DNA from: Candidatus Cloacimonadales bacterium
GTDB taxonomy: Bacteria > Cloacimonadota > Cloacimonadia > Cloacimonadales > JAFGVF01
Assembly: GCA_963678315.1 (NCBI GenBank)
Contig: OY782781.1
Location: 2,272,001-2,336,000 of the forward strand
Length of the DNA: 64,000 nucleotides
Direction of reading: 5' to 3'
The translations under genes and the position numbers were made by a program. The notes beneath the pieces were generated by a model, which saw only the letters and a program-made list of their open reading frames with translations, did not search any database and had not been told where the DNA came from. This document shows, in pieces, positions 60,478 through 64,000 of the stretch; position 1 is the first letter of the stretch; each line of letters opens with the position of its first letter.

Positions 60478-61790
60478 ATCTTACTTCTCTTTTTTTTCCA
60501 TTTTGAAACTCTATATAAGAAAAGAGGATTACCGATTATGTATCGTCTCCACATTCTTTTTGGTTCTTTATATAGTCGATATAGCCATTCCATACCAATT
60601 TCCCGCATCCACTTGGGTGCTCTATTCATTTGGCCTGAATAAAAGTCAAACAATCCACCAACACCTATTTGAACGTTAGCTTTTAATTTATCGTGATAAT
60701 TAGTTATCCATTTTTCTTGTAAAGGAACTCCGAAAGCCACTAACAATATATCAGCCTTGCTTTCATTTATTTCTTCAACAATCGTCTCACTGTCTTTATC
60801 CCAGTCAAAGTAACCATCTCTACAACCTACAATTTGAAGATTATTATACTTTTGTTCAAGCTTTTTTTTCATTTTTTCAGCAATACCAACTTTTGCACCA
60901 AAGAGGAAAACTTTATATCCTTTTTGTTGAGATAGTTGGCAAACAAAAGGTAGCATATCTGTGCCATTAACATTTTCAATTAATGGGGTTCCTAATTTTT
61001 TACAGGCAATACTAATACCTATACCATCTGGGAAAATATAATCAGCTTTCTCTAGAATTTCAAAGTATTGCTTATCTACATATAGTTTATTCATACAATC
61101 AGGATTAACAAAGAATATTTTTTTTCTTTCCTTTGAAATAATTGTATTGTCAATAATATTAATTGCATCAGCCATGGTTATATTATCGAAATCCATATCA
61201 AAGATTGTCAGCTTCTTTTCATAATGTGCATCTTGATTTCTATATAAAAGTGCTGGAATCGATTTAAGCAATATACTTAGTTTTGTTTTAAAACTGATAT
61301 TTTCTAAATATTCAAGTTCTGTAGATAACAATCCTTCATGAGCTATTTTAGTAGATTCACGTATAAACCACAAACTAAACACACCAGGATTTACAAATTC
61401 TAGGACTTGTTTTAGGTCAGCATTTTCATTTATTTCTTGTTCAGTTATAAAACTATTACCTACAAGTTTTATTTTTTTTATAAGAATAGAAGGTATCAAT
61501 CCAATTCTACTTAGAATCCAATTATCTGAATTGAACAATTTCACATTTATTATCTTACTTTTCTTATATATATTTTCATTCATCAATATCTTTTTCTTGT
61601 ATATCATTTTTCTAACAAACATAGCTAGAAAGATTGGTATATATACAAACAGGTATAATACTATCAAAAGCATTGTCTCTGCAATTTCAAAAGGTAATGC
61701 TATAATCAATAAGAGCATTTTATTTAAAGAACTTTTATTCTCATTTTTAGCAAACTTATCTTTAATTGATTTCAGCTTTTGATTATCCAT
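60474..61790 (-). CDS. WecB/TagA/CpsF glycosyltransferase with N-terminal degenerate sugar-transferase-like domain
   Basis: FVNPD, PDGIG, NGTD, GVPLQEKW, GVGGLFDF, RAPKW, EWLYRL..EP.R. Confidence 0.9.
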   Translation of the reverse strand: MDNQKLKSIKDKFAKNENKSSLNKMLLLIIALPFEIAETMLLIVLYLFVYIPIFLAMFVRKMIYKKKILMNENIYKKSKIINVKLFNSDNWILSRIGLIPSILIKKIKLVGNSFITEQEINENADLKQVLEFVNPGVFSLWFIRESTKIAHEGLLSTELEYLENISFKTKLSILLKSIPALLYRNQDAHYEKKLTIFDMDFDNITMADAINIIDNTIISKERKKIFFVNPDCMNKLYVDKQYFEILEKADYIFPDGIGISIACKKLGTPLIENVNGTDMLPFVCQLSQQKGYKVFLFGAKVGIAEKMKKKLEQKYNNLQIVGCRDGYFDWDKDSETIVEEINESKADILLVAFGVPLQEKWITNYHDKLKANVQIGVGGLFDFYSGQMNRAPKWMREIGMEWLYRLYKEPKRMWRRYIIGNPLFLYRVSKWKKKRSKI

Positions 61791-61791
61791 C

Positions 61792-62967
61792 TTAGAACTT
61801 TTCCTTAGCTAAGGTCATTATCTTTTTAATGGAATGCATGAATCTTTCACCATTAAATCTATCTTTAACAAAGTTATAACCATTTAAACCCCATTCAGGT
61901 AAACGTTCATTATGTGAATGAGCATATTCTAAAGCTTTTGCTAAAGCTTCAGGTGTGTGTTTTTTAACAAGAATTCCATTTTCTTCATGCTTCAACCAAT
62001 CAGAAATGCCTCCAACATTGAAAGCGACTACGGCTTTCTTTCTGCTAAATGCTTCAATCCCAATCAAACCGAAAGGTTCTTGCCATCTTGATGGGACTAT
62101 CACTAAATCACATGATTGATAGTATTTTTCTACTTGATCAGTCCACCCCACTAACTCAATCTTATTGTGTAATCCATATAAATTAATCTTATTTTCAAGG
62201 AAATCATAATCATTTCCCGTCCCAACAATTTTAAGATGGTAATCAAATGATAATTCACGGCATGCATCAATCAGCAAATCAACACCTTTACCGCGGATCA
62301 ACTGACCAACAAACAAGAATTGAGCTTTATATTCTTTGTGTTCATTTATAACTTGAGTCTCATTACTAATTTCATGAATCGGAAAAATACGATAAACTGT
62401 ATCCATATCCCATTGATTCTTTTCCAGATTCATTCTCATGTAATTAGATAAAACAATTGTAGCATCAGCATCTTTTATTTCTTTTAGTAAATCAACTTTA
62501 TGCTGAACATTAATAAAGCTATATCCCAACATGCTATCAGGATCTTTTTTTATCATTAATGAACATATCGAGCATATAAATTTACTTTGCGGTAAAGGAC
62601 AGTTAATCCTTTTTATTGGAAAATACTTATGTTTCCTAAAACAATAGAAGTCATGGTCATGAACTGTTACAACAGTAAAAAAGTTCTTATTCAATTCTGA
62701 AAGTAATTCTAAATTACTAATTTTATGTATAAACACAACATCAATATTTAGGTCATTTATCTGTGATATTAATCCACTAAAGTCTTTCTTTTTATGAAAG
62801 ATAATTTCATTGTAGATGTCACCAAAATCGCTTTGCTTATCTACTTTCCGTTCAAATAATCCATATAGTTCCCAGTTATGTTGCTTGAGTAAAGATCCAA
62901 CCTTATGGATATACCTTTCAATTCCCCCAACATAACCGAATATTTCGTTATAAATTAATGCTTTCAT
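61792..62967 (-). CDS. Glycosyltransferase family 4
   Basis: GGIERY, TVHD, FVGQL..KG, PSRWQEPFGLIGIEA. Confidence 0.92.
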   Translation of the reverse strand: MKALIYNEIFGYVGGIERYIHKVGSLLKQHNWELYGLFERKVDKQSDFGDIYNEIIFHKKKDFSGLISQINDLNIDVVFIHKISNLELLSELNKNFFTVVTVHDHDFYCFRKHKYFPIKRINCPLPQSKFICSICSLMIKKDPDSMLGYSFINVQHKVDLLKEIKDADATIVLSNYMRMNLEKNQWDMDTVYRIFPIHEISNETQVINEHKEYKAQFLFVGQLIRGKGVDLLIDACRELSFDYHLKIVGTGNDYDFLENKINLYGLHNKIELVGWTDQVEKYYQSCDLVIVPSRWQEPFGLIGIEAFSRKKAVVAFNVGGISDWLKHEENGILVKKHTPEALAKALEYAHSHNERLPEWGLNGYNFVKDRFNGERFMHSIKKIMTLAKEKF

Positions 62968-62970
62968 AAT

Positions 62971-64000
62971 TTATTTAGAGATTTTATCGTACACTCTTAA
63001 GTAAAGATCTGTTAGATATCTATAAGTATATTTTTTCTCTACTAATTCTTTTCCCGTTTGAGCTAATTCAGCTAACTTATCTTTTTCTTTATAAGCCTTA
63101 ATCATTTTTGAAGCACATGTTTTTGAATCTTCTCTTGGGAAGATATATCCATTTTTACCATCAACAACAAGATTAGGATCTACAACATCACTTTGAATAA
63201 CAGGGGTATCGCTAATCCAAGATTCAACAACCACAGCACCTGAATTCATAAATCTAACTGGTATGACATGGATATCACTATATCTTAACCAACCAAGGAC
63301 TTCATCTCTTTCAATCATTCCAGTAAATATGACCCTATCCATTAAGTTATTCTTTCTGATAAATTTTTGCATTTCATCATAAAACTCAGGCTCATAGTCA
63401 AATCTTCCGACAAATACAAGTTTTGAATTTGGAATTTCACTTGCGACCTGCTTAAAAGCTCGGAGAGCAATATCTTGGCCTTTAACATTACATATTCTAC
63501 CCAGAACTAAATAAACGAACTCACTTTCCTTAATATCATATTTTGCTTTAGGATTAATTTTTTGTCCTTTATATTCTTCAAGCAATATTGGAACAGGAGA
63601 ATATTCAACATTTTCGTTGTATTTTTTATAAAAATCAATTTCTTTATTGGAAATAGCAAATATATAATCAAATCTCTTTAAGAAGAATCTTTGTTTAGCT
63701 TTTGGTCGATGGAACCTTAATATGTCTGGATTGATAGAACCTTCCTTCTTAATTATTGATGCATAATCTAAATAATCAAATGATGCTAATACAATAGGAG
63801 TTTTTGATAATTTAGCTGCAAAGAAAGCTAACATATTATTAGGATTTAAAGCTGGAAAAACTTGTACTACATCATAGTGTCCGAACATAATCATTCCAAA
63901 CAAATCAGGACAGAAGGTCTTTGCTTTTTTGTTTGGATATAATTTTTTTCTGTTATAAGTATCCTTAAGTCTATAGACTGTAATACCATCTATGATTTCA
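62971..64000 (-). CDS. Glycosyltransferase family 4, 5' end outside window
   Basis: LGRICNVKG, VVVESW..TPVI; frame stays open to the window edge (EIIDGITVYRL). Confidence 0.88.
   Translation of the reverse strand, partial: EIIDGITVYRLKDTYNRKKLYPNKKAKTFCPDLFGMIMFGHYDVVQVFPALNPNNMLAFFAAKLSKTPIVLASFDYLDYASIIKKEGSINPDILRFHRPKAKQRFFLKRFDYIFAISNKEIDFYKKYNENVEYSPVPILLEEYKGQKINPKAKYDIKESEFVYLVLGRICNVKGQDIALRAFKQVASEIPNSKLVFVGRFDYEPEFYDEMQKFIRKNNLMDRVIFTGMIERDEVLGWLRYSDIHVIPVRFMNSGAVVVESWISDTPVIQSDVVDPNLVVDGKNGYIFPREDSKTCASKMIKAYKEKDKLAELAQTGKELVEKKYTYRYLTDLYLRVYDKISK

Overview
Very AT-rich bacterial chromosomal segment, most likely Candidatus Cloacimonadota (inferred from an FlgD/T9SS-like C-terminal-domain secreted protein and a 7/5-fold tRNA-Sec). 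Contents in order: a truncated Cache/PAS histidine kinase; a secreted peptidase pair plus rel; a long minus-strand run hndA-ATPase-hndB-hndC-selC-selA-selB-dnaX-GT2-udk-PHP-folA-bax; a yhcG/DUF1016 gene broken by a 165-bp MITE; housekeeping genes (rlmD, dusB, trmL, dnaB, coaD, pepP, tkt); a degenerate birA; and a ~17-kb exopolysaccharide locus running off the right edge. That locus resembles the Vibrio syp locus in gene content. It also carries a STAS protein, two apparently dead phosphoglycosyl-transferase domains, a Pol-beta nucleotidyltransferase and a second uridine kinase. A ~55-bp palindromic repeat occurs three times between genes. No CRISPR, rRNA, prophage or transposase was seen. Family calls come from motif recognition, not database searches.
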